Below, piece by piece: positions 37,961 to 46,805 of a DNA stretch of 64,000 nt. The position numbers and the translations under genes were made by a program. Under the pieces are notes generated by a model, which was not told where the DNA came from, ran no database searches, and saw nothing but the letters and a program-made list of their open reading frames with translations. The stretch lies in the IMG/VR virus record IMGVR_UViG_3300027776_000009; one strand, written 5' to 3'. The stretch comes from a virus. Taxonomy: Duplodnaviria > Caudoviricetes. How positions within the stretch are numbered: position 1 is the first letter of the stretch; each line of letters begins with the position of its first letter.

Positions 37961-38242
37961 TTATGCTGTTGATGAACGGCGTTTAGTGGTGTGTCGTTCG
38001 CGGATGGTCGATATCCAGTATTTCAAACCTGCCGTACCACCCGGTAGTGTTTTGTCCGAAAGAACCGGTATGGCACCTAACGACCATCGCCAATCCAAAT
38101 ACTGTCTACCGCTTTCTAGGTGAAGTATTTGCACGCGGTAGAAGAAACCAGGCAGGTTACCGTGTTTAAACTCAGCGATGGTTAGTTTGTTGTCAAACCT
38201 GTCTCGGGTTTTTACTTTCCGAACACATGTCAGTTGTTTCAT
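37961..38242 (-). CDS. Hypothetical protein
   Basis: ORF in the operon. Confidence 0.45.
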   Translation of the reverse strand: MKQLTCVRKVKTRDRFDNKLTIAEFKHGNLPGFFYRVQILHLESGRQYLDWRWSLGAIPVLSDKTLPGGTAGLKYWISTIRERHTTKRRSSTA

Positions 38243-38687
38243 ATTTCAAACCCAGAGATGGAATACGTCCTTTCCCGTGACAAGTGTGACAGTGGAGCCC
38301 ATCATCCTTACCAGTCCCACCACACTTACCACATTGGTAAACATCCGCATCAGTCAACGGCATCTTGCGTGCACCGGCTGTAAAGACCCGATACGCACGC
38401 CCTCCCTTATAGGTGCAAGCATTATACCCATCATCACCCCCCACGATGACCTTAGCAGCCATATCCGAACGCAGAAGCGCATCGCGTCCGGACTTACTGG
38501 GGACATCTCCATCATAAAGCGGTCCTCGTTCATACAAAGCAACGAGAGTGTCAATCTCTGCACCAGACATCCGAAGCACGTCACCAATGAGCCTCTCAGC
38601 TTCCAGGACCTCATCAGCGCTGCTCAGTTTTCGATCCATATGCAAGACCTTCAGCAGCGAATCCAGTGTTACAACTTTTTGTTCCAT
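38193..38687 (-). CDS. Hypothetical protein with DnaJ-type Zn finger
   Basis: CGKCGGTG...CHTCHGKG. Confidence 0.6.
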   Translation of the reverse strand: MEQKVVTLDSLLKVLHMDRKLSSADEVLEAERLIGDVLRMSGAEIDTLVALYERGPLYDGDVPSKSGRDALLRSDMAAKVIVGGDDGYNACTYKGGRAYRVFTAGARKMPLTDADVYQCGKCGGTGKDDGLHCHTCHGKGRIPSLGLKYETTDMCSESKNPRQV

Positions 38688-38716
38688 GATGTTACTCCTT
38701 AAAACTTGTGAGGGGG

Positions 38717-39151
38717 TTAGACATCTGTTCCAACCAATGTAACCGAATGAGTACGGATGTTATCCGCAGTCGGTTGCCACGCAGCAATCTTCAAACGGAC
38801 TGCTGGGTCAATATCCATGATCCACGGGATTGTGCTTTCCAGTAGCTTATCAACACCAATGTCACGCACTCCCGCCAGTACCTCACCGTCTGGTACTTTG
38901 TCATCAATGACAAGCATCATGATGCCGTCTTCCAGAGCATTGCAGTACCGCTTCGGACAGCGGTAAGCATTCTGGATAACTGGACTATCAATAGGCGTTA
39001 AGTATTCCCCCAGACCCGATACGAGTTCACCGTAACTGGCTGAGTTACAGTACACCATCATCAGAGGTCGTTGAATCCCTTTATGCGGTCGGATATTCAC
39101 AGACGTTGTGCGAAAACGGTTCAGTAAAGCCGAAATAGAGTTTACACTCAT
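38717..39151 (-). CDS. Hypothetical (likely early) protein
   Basis: AGGAGAG RBS; promoter motif at 39181-39198. Confidence 0.55.
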   Translation of the reverse strand: MSVNSISALLNRFRTTSVNIRPHKGIQRPLMMVYCNSASYGELVSGLGEYLTPIDSPVIQNAYRCPKRYCNALEDGIMMLVIDDKVPDGEVLAGVRDIGVDKLLESTIPWIMDIDPAVRLKIAAWQPTADNIRTHSVTLVGTDV

Positions 39152-39205
39152 GTTATCTCTCCTATGAGGTGTATAGTCAACTAGGTGATATGTATCTGGA
39201 TACGT

Positions 39206-39643
39206 TTACGTTAAGGGTCCGTAAATGTACGCCTTCACTGCGGTCTTATCAAACCGTTCACGAATTAATGCACGCACATCAGCCCAATTAAGTTCCCCAC
39301 ATCCACATCCCAACATGGGTATGGCAATAGTGGGAATATTCTCAGCCTCGCACGCTTTGATGGTAGCGTCTAAACCCGCTGCAATCCACTCAAGTTTTGA
39401 GGGATCACGCCAGTGCCGTTTCGTAGGTAGCGAAATGAAGACTGTCGATTTATCAAGCCAGTACAGCGACACTGAACCAACCTCCAGAAAATCGCAACTG
39501 GCTTTGTAATCTTCTTCCCATCCCGGTACCAAATCAGCAGCCTGTTTTGCCAACCCTTTTCCCGGAACCCCGACAGTGTTAACAGGGATTACAATTCCGG
39601 CTGCCCGTGTCGTAAGGATGTTACCAAAAGCAGGTTCGTACAT
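39206..39643 (-). CDS. Macrodomain ADP-ribosylhydrolase, DarG/TARG1-like
   Basis: VN.VGV.GKGLA.Q, PTKRHWR.PS..EWI..GL, IAIP.LGCG.G.L.W. Confidence 0.88.
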   Translation of the reverse strand: MYEPAFGNILTTRAAGIVIPVNTVGVPGKGLAKQAADLVPGWEEDYKASCDFLEVGSVSLYWLDKSTVFISLPTKRHWRDPSKLEWIAAGLDATIKACEAENIPTIAIPMLGCGCGELNWADVRALIRERFDKTAVKAYIYGPLT

Positions 39644-39700
39644 ATTCGTTCTCCAAAAAAGAAAAGGGAGGAACACCTCCCTTGGTTATGCTGCTATGCC

Positions 39701-41041
39701 TTACATCGCCTTCGGAATAGCGTCGATAAACGCATTGAAGTCGTGACGATTTTCAGACAAAGCCTGCGCCAGATCACACCCGGGGATATCTGAGAAAACC
39801 ACATCAGGGATCGACTTGCCAGGCCAGATCCGCGTGATGTAGTCAACAATGGCCTCGTGATGCAGATGCGGGATTTCAACGGTTACGTCCACCCGCCCCC
39901 AACGCAGGCAGGCAGGATCAACCTGATCGATTGTGTTAGTCGTCATGATGACAACCACATCATCCAGAGGAACCACACCATCAATGGCTTGGAGGAATCC
40001 CTGCAAAGAGCCCAGACTGTAACTCTTCAGCAACGACTCAATCGTCGAATCCTTTCCACCGCCTTCATCCTCGAGTGATAATTGACGCTTTGCCGGAATG
40101 ACCAAAGACCCTCCCAACTTTTCAGCTTCCCGGGCATCTTCAGCATCCGTATCACTTTCACGCTTTGCCTTCAGGCGCTGAGCTTCACCTTCCATACCGC
40201 GACGGATACAGAAATCCCCATTGGCGTTGAAATCATCCATGAACAGGATATCGCCAGGCTGAACCGATGAGATCGCCATGAAAAGCTGCTCTTCCGAGAG
40301 TCCGCTGGGGCTGAGGCGATTGATGTTGCTCTTGTAATGCGTTGCCAGCGCCCGTGTCAGAGAAGTCTTCCCGGTCCCAGGAGGTCCGTAAAGCATGATG
40401 ACCAACTTGTACGGGATACCCGTTTGAACATACCACTCACGCGCCGCCTTGAACTCATCAATCGCGCTGATGATCTTGTTCAACACAGCCTTGTCAATGG
40501 CAATGGTGTCCAAGGGTCGCGGCGCGACTTTGGTTTGATTGCTCCAGCCGTCCCCTTTCCAACTGTAGCTGTAGATGCGTTCACCGCGAGACTCCTTCAC
40601 CTGAAACTCTGCCAAGAGATTCAGCAAGGGTTTCTGGTCACGTCCATAGGTGCTGATCATGACCGTGTTCTGGGTCTCATTCGGCATCTTGTGCGTTTCA
40701 CGATTGAACCAGAACAACCGCCCCTTGTGCCAGAAGTAATACTTGCCGTTGGCTGGACCCAACGCGGTGAGTCGGTTCCAGTCCTCATCGCGATAGTAAT
40801 CCAGCACGATGTTCCGGATCTTCTTGGAAGCGGGATGCTTAAAGAACCACTGCATGAACGCGTAGAAGTTCGGTTCGTTTGAATACTGTCCGGTGGACAG
40901 CGTGAGGGTCACAGTGAGTTGGTCAGTGGTGAAGGTGATCAGCTTATCAGGGATGTTGCTGATCATCCCTTTCATGAAGTCCGATACCACATTAACCATA
41001 ACCTCCGACATCATTGTTGTCGGGGTGACTTTGTTACGCAT
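39701..41041 (-). CDS. BCS1-like AAA+ ATPase
   Basis: WY...GIPY, GPPGTGKT, FMDD, LQAIDG, MTTN, DPA.LR.GR.D; BCS1_N-like region (FWHKGRLFWFNR). Confidence 0.85.
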   Translation of the reverse strand: MRNKVTPTTMMSEVMVNVVSDFMKGMISNIPDKLITFTTDQLTVTLTLSTGQYSNEPNFYAFMQWFFKHPASKKIRNIVLDYYRDEDWNRLTALGPANGKYYFWHKGRLFWFNRETHKMPNETQNTVMISTYGRDQKPLLNLLAEFQVKESRGERIYSYSWKGDGWSNQTKVAPRPLDTIAIDKAVLNKIISAIDEFKAAREWYVQTGIPYKLVIMLYGPPGTGKTSLTRALATHYKSNINRLSPSGLSEEQLFMAISSVQPGDILFMDDFNANGDFCIRRGMEGEAQRLKAKRESDTDAEDAREAEKLGGSLVIPAKRQLSLEDEGGGKDSTIESLLKSYSLGSLQGFLQAIDGVVPLDDVVVIMTTNTIDQVDPACLRWGRVDVTVEIPHLHHEAIVDYITRIWPGKSIPDVVFSDIPGCDLAQALSENRHDFNAFIDAIPKAM

Positions 41042-41112
41042 ATTCCTCTCCTCGGTGGCATAAAAGTTTAGGTCATCACAGAGGATGTCCTAAACTGTGA
41101 AAAGTAACCAGC

Positions 41113-41481
41113 TTACGCTTCTGGGTATGGAAAGAACTTGTCCTTGAACAGCAAAGCGTTTTCCATGCGTTCTCGATCAGCAATTCGCATCCCTTGTTCA
41201 GCCTTCTCCAGCGCGCGCTGGAGATCCGTATTACGATGGTGCAGATAGTTTGGATGCACAGGTCTGGGTGATGCTACTACGCGATATCCGTACCCCACGA
41301 TCTGGACAGGACTCAGTTCGATAACCCCAAATCGCAGACCGAGTCGCGTCTCTTCATAGCGGACCTTCTGCAAGATCCAATCACCATCGCTTGTATGAAA
41401 GTGTTGCGTTTGGTCCAAATAGCGCGGGATAATCTCTCGCGGACCAAACCAATGCGTTAACAATGCATCAAGCAGTTTCAT
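41113..41481 (-). CDS. Hypothetical protein
   Basis: ATGA-coupled ORF. Confidence 0.5.
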   Translation of the reverse strand: MKLLDALLTHWFGPREIIPRYLDQTQHFHTSDGDWILQKVRYEETRLGLRFGVIELSPVQIVGYGYRVVASPRPVHPNYLHHRNTDLQRALEKAEQGMRIADRERMENALLFKDKFFPYPEA

Positions 41482-41726
41482 CCCAATCTTCCCTCAATCC
41501 CAGTTCGTGACATGAAACCAGCCAAAGCAACAGTGGCGTGACAGAACGCTTTACCCCATACCACGATATCCGCACTATTACGAATACGCGTAGTATCGTT
41601 GAAATCAATGTAATTAGCTACAGCGTAGCGATCCTCGGTTGACACACAAACACGCGATCGAGATTTCCGACTGACATCGAAACTAAAAGCAAAACAGACA
41701 GCCATGGCTTGGTCAACGTTGTTCAA
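41478..41726 (-). CDS. Hypothetical protein
   Basis: Coupled ORF. Confidence 0.45.
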   Translation of the reverse strand: MNNVDQAMAVCFAFSFDVSRKSRSRVCVSTEDRYAVANYIDFNDTTRIRNSADIVVWGKAFCHATVALAGFMSRTGIEGRLG

Positions 41727-41968
41727 CGGCTCCCAAAGCTCCGCTGAACCAACCTGATAGACTCCTGAATCTGTCCGCCGAAGTCGAACACCAGCGTGCC
41801 GTCTTCTTCCGCCTTCAGCGTGATGTAGTCACCAGTCTTGACAGCAGTCGGAATGCTGACCACGCCCGTCACAACGCCTTTGCCGGCTACCAGATAGTCG
41901 TTCTCGGTGTCTTCCACTTTCTTGACAACAAGGACACGGTTCTCGGGATACAGATCTTCCAGTTTCAT
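41723..41968 (-). CDS. Hypothetical protein
   Basis: GAGG RBS; promoter motif upstream. Confidence 0.55.
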   Translation of the reverse strand: MKLEDLYPENRVLVVKKVEDTENDYLVAGKGVVTGVVSIPTAVKTGDYITLKAEEDGTLVFDFGGQIQESIRLVQRSFGSR

Positions 41969-42146
41969 AATAACCTCTCACGCGTTATCCGCCAGTATTA
42001 AAGGGGTTGGCGGTTTACCCCATGACACTATTGTAGTGTATACGTACAATTGCGTTCATTCAGAGTCAGATATGCAAACCGTTGCACATCCAATGTCCAT
42101 GTCCGTATCGATTTCCGGATCATAGTCCATTTGGTAACTGGTGAGT

Positions 42147-42389
42147 TCATCGGAATCCATGTTGCAGCTCCGCTTTTGACATATCATCTTTAACACGATC
42201 CCAAGACATGGCTAGCTTCATAGCGGGAACCAATGTCGGATCATTTTTATCAATGGTGGATGAAACACTGAACAAGTAAGTGTAACCACCCGCCAGCAGT
42301 CTGGATAGATAGCGTTCAGGCGCTACATTCCCAACTGCAAGTAACTTCCCAAACCGTCCGCAATAAATAACATCCGGTAAACCAATCAT
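42147..42389 (-). CDS. Hypothetical protein
   Basis: 80 aa ORF. Confidence 0.4.
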   Translation of the reverse strand: MIGLPDVIYCGRFGKLLAVGNVAPERYLSRLLAGGYTYLFSVSSTIDKNDPTLVPAMKLAMSWDRVKDDMSKAELQHGFR

Positions 42390-42460
42390 GCTGTATCCCC
42401 TGGTCTGGTCTAAACTATGTGTTCAGACGTTTTTTCTTACACCCCATGAGTGTGCCCGCA

Positions 42461-43675
42461 ATGAGCAACATCAAGAGTATCCTGGATGAAGCCATGAAGC
42501 ATGTCGTCTTTGACGCCAAGCTGGCTAAGCAAATCCATGACTTCGGTCAACGTTTCGTCAATAAGAATCCCGAGCACTCCCAGTTCTTTGGTGGAAACCT
42601 CACGGGGGTGCAGAAGGTTGCGTTTCTTCCTTCAGACCGCGAAACCCTATTGGAAGATATTCTCGGCATCGATGAGACGCGTATTCGTCCGCAGATCACT
42701 CGCCTACCCGGCATCAAAGCGACTTGGAAGCGAGCCACTGACGTATACAATTTAGCGTGTCTCTATGTTGCCCACCGGTTTTATCACAGCGATTTACCGA
42801 CGGATGTCAAAGAGAAAGCCATGGAGGATGTTCTGCTGGTTTTGCAGTACAAACTTCTAACCAGCCTGCTTCGCCACTACATGCCGTTTCAGGTGGATGA
42901 GCCTAGCGCCATGGCGGTTTACGCTGTCCTCTCCAAGAAGTTTGCTATCAAGAAACACGGAAGTTGGATGGGTCTACTGGTTGCTCGGGCGCAGGATGTC
43001 TATAGTGATTCCAGCATCCATCTGCAAACACTCATTCGCTTTGACGATATCGGTGCAGTGGTCTACATGATCAGTGATATTCAGATTCGGTTGCGCGCGA
43101 TTGTCAAACGCTTGACTAATGTCCTGAAGTTCATTAAACAGCAAAAGACTAAAATCCTGTCTGATAGTGCCCAAGTATCTTTGGATGACAAGACAGTCGT
43201 TAAGGACCTCAGCCGGCTCTATCCACCGTATCGTCGCTATCTGAGCGAAATCGTCATTGATCAACGTCGGTTCATAAAACCGGAGCTCATTACTGTCATC
43301 GGTAATATGGTCACCACTATGCCCGAGAAGCTGTTATATGACGCCTTGCTCTATGTGCACCATGCGGCTGTTAAGCGCGACCCTGTTGTTGATGGCTTGT
43401 TGAATGAAACCCTACTACATGCCTTTGACGCCCTTGCAGAGCAGTTTAAAGGTCGGGGTCCGTTGCAGGATATCTCTGGTATGCTGAGTCGTCTGAAGGC
43501 CCTCTACATGGCTTCTAGGTCATCTGATCCCGTTCTATTGAACATGCGCGATGTTGGTGAGAACATTATCAAGCTCGGGGTTAAAACCAAGAACCCTAGC
43601 GTGATTGCTTCTGTTCGTACTGGCCTGTTTCTTTACGTGGTGTTACGGACTTTGACCAAAGATCATTACGGTTAA
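42461..43675 (+). CDS. Conserved chimallivirus protein near terminase (probable virion protein)
   Basis: FFGGNL.G, KF.IK..GSW, Y.ASRS, A.VRTG..LY; TATG upstream; start uncertain (42419, 42446 or 42461). Confidence 0.6.
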   Translation: MSNIKSILDEAMKHVVFDAKLAKQIHDFGQRFVNKNPEHSQFFGGNLTGVQKVAFLPSDRETLLEDILGIDETRIRPQITRLPGIKATWKRATDVYNLACLYVAHRFYHSDLPTDVKEKAMEDVLLVLQYKLLTSLLRHYMPFQVDEPSAMAVYAVLSKKFAIKKHGSWMGLLVARAQDVYSDSSIHLQTLIRFDDIGAVVYMISDIQIRLRAIVKRLTNVLKFIKQQKTKILSDSAQVSLDDKTVVKDLSRLYPPYRRYLSEIVIDQRRFIKPELITVIGNMVTTMPEKLLYDALLYVHHAAVKRDPVVDGLLNETLLHAFDALAEQFKGRGPLQDISGMLSRLKALYMASRSSDPVLLNMRDVGENIIKLGVKTKNPSVIASVRTGLFLYVVLRTLTKDHYG

Positions 43676-43707
43676 GCATGGGGCGGGTAAACCCGCCCCA
43701 TATGCCG

Positions 43708-44343
43708 TTACCGTACCTCGAAGTAGCTAATCTCAATCTCCGACGCCTCTACGGGTTTGCCCAGCGGGACACCGGGAGTATCCGTTACACTGCTGTACCC
43801 ATGTACGTATTCCATTTTGTGCTTGATCACGTCCCAAACAACATCAAGCACAGGCTGGTAATTGAAGATGTCCGGCAGTGCCTCAATCACCTTCTTGATA
43901 AAGTATTCCGTGGTGACAGCCTGCGTGCTTGTGAAGATAACCGTTTCACCATATTCAAACACGTTGGTGATATTGACTTGACCGGACATCTGCGGTACTT
44001 CACTTGCGCGAAGGTGTGCTACTGTCCGCAATCCCATTTTCGGGACAATGGAAATCTCCATCCGGCGAATCACCAACGGGTCACCATAGTTGGAACGGAA
44101 CTCCAAAGGTGACAAGATAGCTACCACTTGGTCTTCGCTGTAAATCAGCCAGCTATCTGCCTCTGCTCGATGCTCAATCGAAGTCTCGTTATCCATCACC
44201 CAGTACCGCGTTCCATCCTGCCGGACGTAGGGTAGATCTTTAGTGGGATTCGCAGCACGGACTCCCTTTGAAAATGCTGTGGAAAGAAGAGGAATAGCTG
44301 CAATTGCCTCTTTCATAACCGAGTCTTTGCTTTTGTTACACAT
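43708..44343 (-). CDS. Hypothetical protein; N-domain resembles 24579-24854
   Basis: ADSWLIY....VAILSPLEFRSNY parallels PGDWVVY....PVVMSDIQFKTLF. Confidence 0.5.
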   Translation of the reverse strand: MCNKSKDSVMKEAIAAIPLLSTAFSKGVRAANPTKDLPYVRQDGTRYWVMDNETSIEHRAEADSWLIYSEDQVVAILSPLEFRSNYGDPLVIRRMEISIVPKMGLRTVAHLRASEVPQMSGQVNITNVFEYGETVIFTSTQAVTTEYFIKKVIEALPDIFNYQPVLDVVWDVIKHKMEYVHGYSSVTDTPGVPLGKPVEASEIEISYFEVR

Positions 44344-44417
44344 GGTCGTTCTCCTACGAACGTTAATGAATTATTAAGTAGCGGCATAAAAGCAAGGGAC
44401 CCCCGAAGGGATCCCTC

Positions 44418-44836
44418 TTGTGGAGCGTCAGGGTTCCAGCCGCTATGCCTTACTGACTTATGATGATCCTCTGTGCGCACAGAGACATCTCTAGTTTCAG
44501 GCTATAACAGCATGTATCCGACGTGCTCCTTTACGCTGCCTCATGACAACGATTTCAGTGACCCGCGTTTAAGGGTCCTAAAGCATAGCCTGGGATGTTG
44601 ACAACGAGGTAAAGTTTGTAGCTCGTTGACATTGCGGTGGTCAGCCGCTTCATTCAACCGTACTCTTCTTTCACAATCCGGTAGATATGCGCGTATTGCT
44701 GTACGCGACTTTCGCTCATTGCGGCTACAGCCGCACCCTGACCAGGCGGCTCATGGATCGTGAGATCCGACATCCGCCACATGTCAAAACCGAAGTGTAA
44801 AAGACCAAACCCAAAGCCGAGGCCGATTAACGCCCA
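44418..44836 (-). ncRNA. Candidate tmRNA-like/structured RNA
   Basis: UGGGCGU/ACGCUCC-A acceptor-like pairing with G3-U, UAGCC-GCA resume-like site, many internal helices; T-arm and CCA degenerate. Confidence 0.3.
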
Positions 44837-44848
44837 CCGTCTTAGCAT
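44654..44848 (-). CDS. Small hydrophobic hypothetical protein (alternative reading of the structured region)
   Basis: AGGAG RBS before the ATG; hydrophobic N-terminus. Confidence 0.4.
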   Translation of the reverse strand: MLRRWALIGLGFGFGLLHFGFDMWRMSDLTIHEPPGQGAAVAAMSESRVQQYAHIYRIVKEEYG

Positions 44849-44906
44849 GAATGATCTCCTAAATGTAATGCGTGTTTCCTATAATAGTGTTACACGCTGT
44901 AAAAAA

Positions 44907-45590
44907 TTACAGCTCGTTGACCTGTGCCTTAAGATAGTCAGCCGCAATAGCACTCATGTCATAGACTCGCTGAATCCATTCTCCCCAGACACGAACCATA
45001 TCGCTATCGTGTTCCTTCATGAACTCGGGGTCATCCACAACAAAGTGGTCTACATAGACCAGCTCTCCGTTTCGCCGGTACGTAACACACATCCATGGAA
45101 CGGGCATGGTGTAGATGTACGCATCCAGATCTGCCGGTGCTCGCGCTATCATGGATGCATCCGTGTGAAAATGTTCAACGAGGTCTTTGCAGTCATCCTT
45201 CGCATTCGGCACGCGGAATAGACTGACATTCCAGTTCCGATTGGAGATCAGTACGAAATTAGGATGATTGCGGAAATCATCGCAAGTTTCACACTGAGCC
45301 ATCATTTGAACAAAGGTTTCCAGCTCCTCGGTAGCCGCCAGCATGTAGGGTTTATCTGCCGTGATTTCTTCCATCATTTTCAGCGTAGCAGCGCGATTGA
45401 AGTCAAACGGAAGATCGTGGAGGCGGGGGACGTATGACATACCGTCTTTATCCGTGCTGTAATAACAAACTGATGGAATGCCTCGACCAATAGCCATGAA
45501 CATCATGCCACCACCAGCCACTTCACACCAACTGATCCACAGCGGGTTTATACGTGGAACCCGTTTAATTTCCCACTTAGCTAAGCCCAT
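44907..45590 (-). CDS. Hypothetical (likely early) protein
   Basis: AAGGAG RBS; upstream 21-mer identical to the chimallin promoter motif. Confidence 0.6.
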   Translation of the reverse strand: MGLAKWEIKRVPRINPLWISWCEVAGGGMMFMAIGRGIPSVCYYSTDKDGMSYVPRLHDLPFDFNRAATLKMMEEITADKPYMLAATEELETFVQMMAQCETCDDFRNHPNFVLISNRNWNVSLFRVPNAKDDCKDLVEHFHTDASMIARAPADLDAYIYTMPVPWMCVTYRRNGELVYVDHFVVDDPEFMKEHDSDMVRVWGEWIQRVYDMSAIAADYLKAQVNEL

Positions 45591-45696
45591 TTTTTTACTC
45601 TCCTTCGAGTGTTAATGTCACTAAAATAGTGTGTACATATTTTTCACTGCGATTAACCTATTTTATAGTCACCTCACTTACACAGGCGTTGCAATC

Positions 45697-46302
45697 ATGA
45701 TGGCTTTTATTATCTGGGCGAGAAAGAATCGTTCCCTGGTGTTTCACATTGTCAGCGTGCTGACCATCTTGTTGCTGCTTGTGGGTATGTATTGCAAGGG
45801 AAGCTATGACGCTAAGCGTTTGGCTGACCGTGAGATGGCGTTACGTAATGCTCAAGCCGCCCTTCTTCTTGCTCAGGCAGATGCTGCTGCAGCGCGTCTG
45901 GAAGCCCAGCAAACGAAGGTGACGACCCAGGTTGTGACTAAGTACGTGGATCGTGTCAAGGTTATCCACCAAAAGGCTGCAACCATCATTCAGGAGGTAC
46001 CCAAGTATGTCACCCAAGCTGATGATCGCCGCTGTACTATTCCCACTGGTTTTGTCAAGTTGTGGGACATGTCCAACGCCGGTAGTAGCGAAAGTTACGT
46101 TCCCGAAACCACCGGAGATCCTGATGAGAGAACCCCTGGGTCTCTCAACCTTCAAGTTGAAGAAGTCACTTCAGACATCACCCTCTCCGACATTGCCCAA
46201 CAGCATGCGATCGAATCTGAATACACTTTGAGTATCGAAGAGCAGTTGCGCGCATTACAGGAATGGGTGCGTGAGCAAGAGAAGCTGTCACTAACTCCCT
46301 AA
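45697..46302 (+). CDS. Inner-membrane spanin (Rz-like)
   Basis: N-terminal TM, coiled coil, TKYVDRV..I, EVP.YV....D..C.IP.GFV, L.ALQ.W. Confidence 0.85.
   Translation: MMAFIIWARKNRSLVFHIVSVLTILLLLVGMYCKGSYDAKRLADREMALRNAQAALLLAQADAAAARLEAQQTKVTTQVVTKYVDRVKVIHQKAATIIQEVPKYVTQADDRRCTIPTGFVKLWDMSNAGSSESYVPETTGDPDERTPGSLNLQVEEVTSDITLSDIAQQHAIESEYTLSIEEQLRALQEWVREQEKLSLTP
46007..46231 (+). CDS. Outer-membrane spanin lipoprotein (Rz1-like), embedded in the i-spanin in the +1 frame
   Basis: GGAGG RBS, signal peptide with lipobox LSSC, Pro-rich mature part (PKPPEILM). Confidence 0.8.
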   Translation: MSPKLMIAAVLFPLVLSSCGTCPTPVVAKVTFPKPPEILMREPLGLSTFKLKKSLQTSPSPTLPNSMRSNLNTL

Positions 46303-46390
46303 CTCCCTATTCCCCACACTTTCGGGTGTGGGGAATATGCCGTCATAGCACGCCTCTACAGAGCTTACGGGCTCTGTAGAGGGTGTGTGG

Positions 46391-46774
46391 CTAGACTAGC
46401 TGATGGTTACTCATCATCACTGAATCGATGTGTGCATTGACCGCACGCCAGTGGGGGTAGGTTGTGTTGACCATAAACCGGGGACCCATGTGGGGGTAAT
46501 ACCCCACGTGGTGATCCGTAACGGTTTTATTGTCAATACTGACCATTTCCACACGGTAGAGATAGTGTGTTCGGTTTCGCAGATACCATCGACTTCGAGT
46601 GACAATGTACCGAAGCTGCTGACAACGAAAACCCACGAAACGATAAAACCCTTGTCGATTCTGTACTTGGTGTCGACGTTGGTATTCTATCGCAGTTACT
46701 TCAGCCCGAACAGACGTGTCTCCTTCGAGGAGTACACGCATGACGGTCAAGAGAGAGTATAGGAATTGCTTCAT
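46391..46774 (-). CDS. Hypothetical protein
   Basis: Start MKQFL after GGAG. Confidence 0.45.
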   Translation of the reverse strand: MKQFLYSLLTVMRVLLEGDTSVRAEVTAIEYQRRHQVQNRQGFYRFVGFRCQQLRYIVTRSRWYLRNRTHYLYRVEMVSIDNKTVTDHHVGYYPHMGPRFMVNTTYPHWRAVNAHIDSVMMSNHQLV

Positions 46775-46805
46775 GGTGGTCTCCGTCAATAAAGACAGAT
46801 CCTGG

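Noticed and set aside
44555-44653. 32-codon ORF MKRLTTAMSTS... on the minus strand
   Set aside because: Very short, no clear RBS, and lies in a strongly base-paired region.
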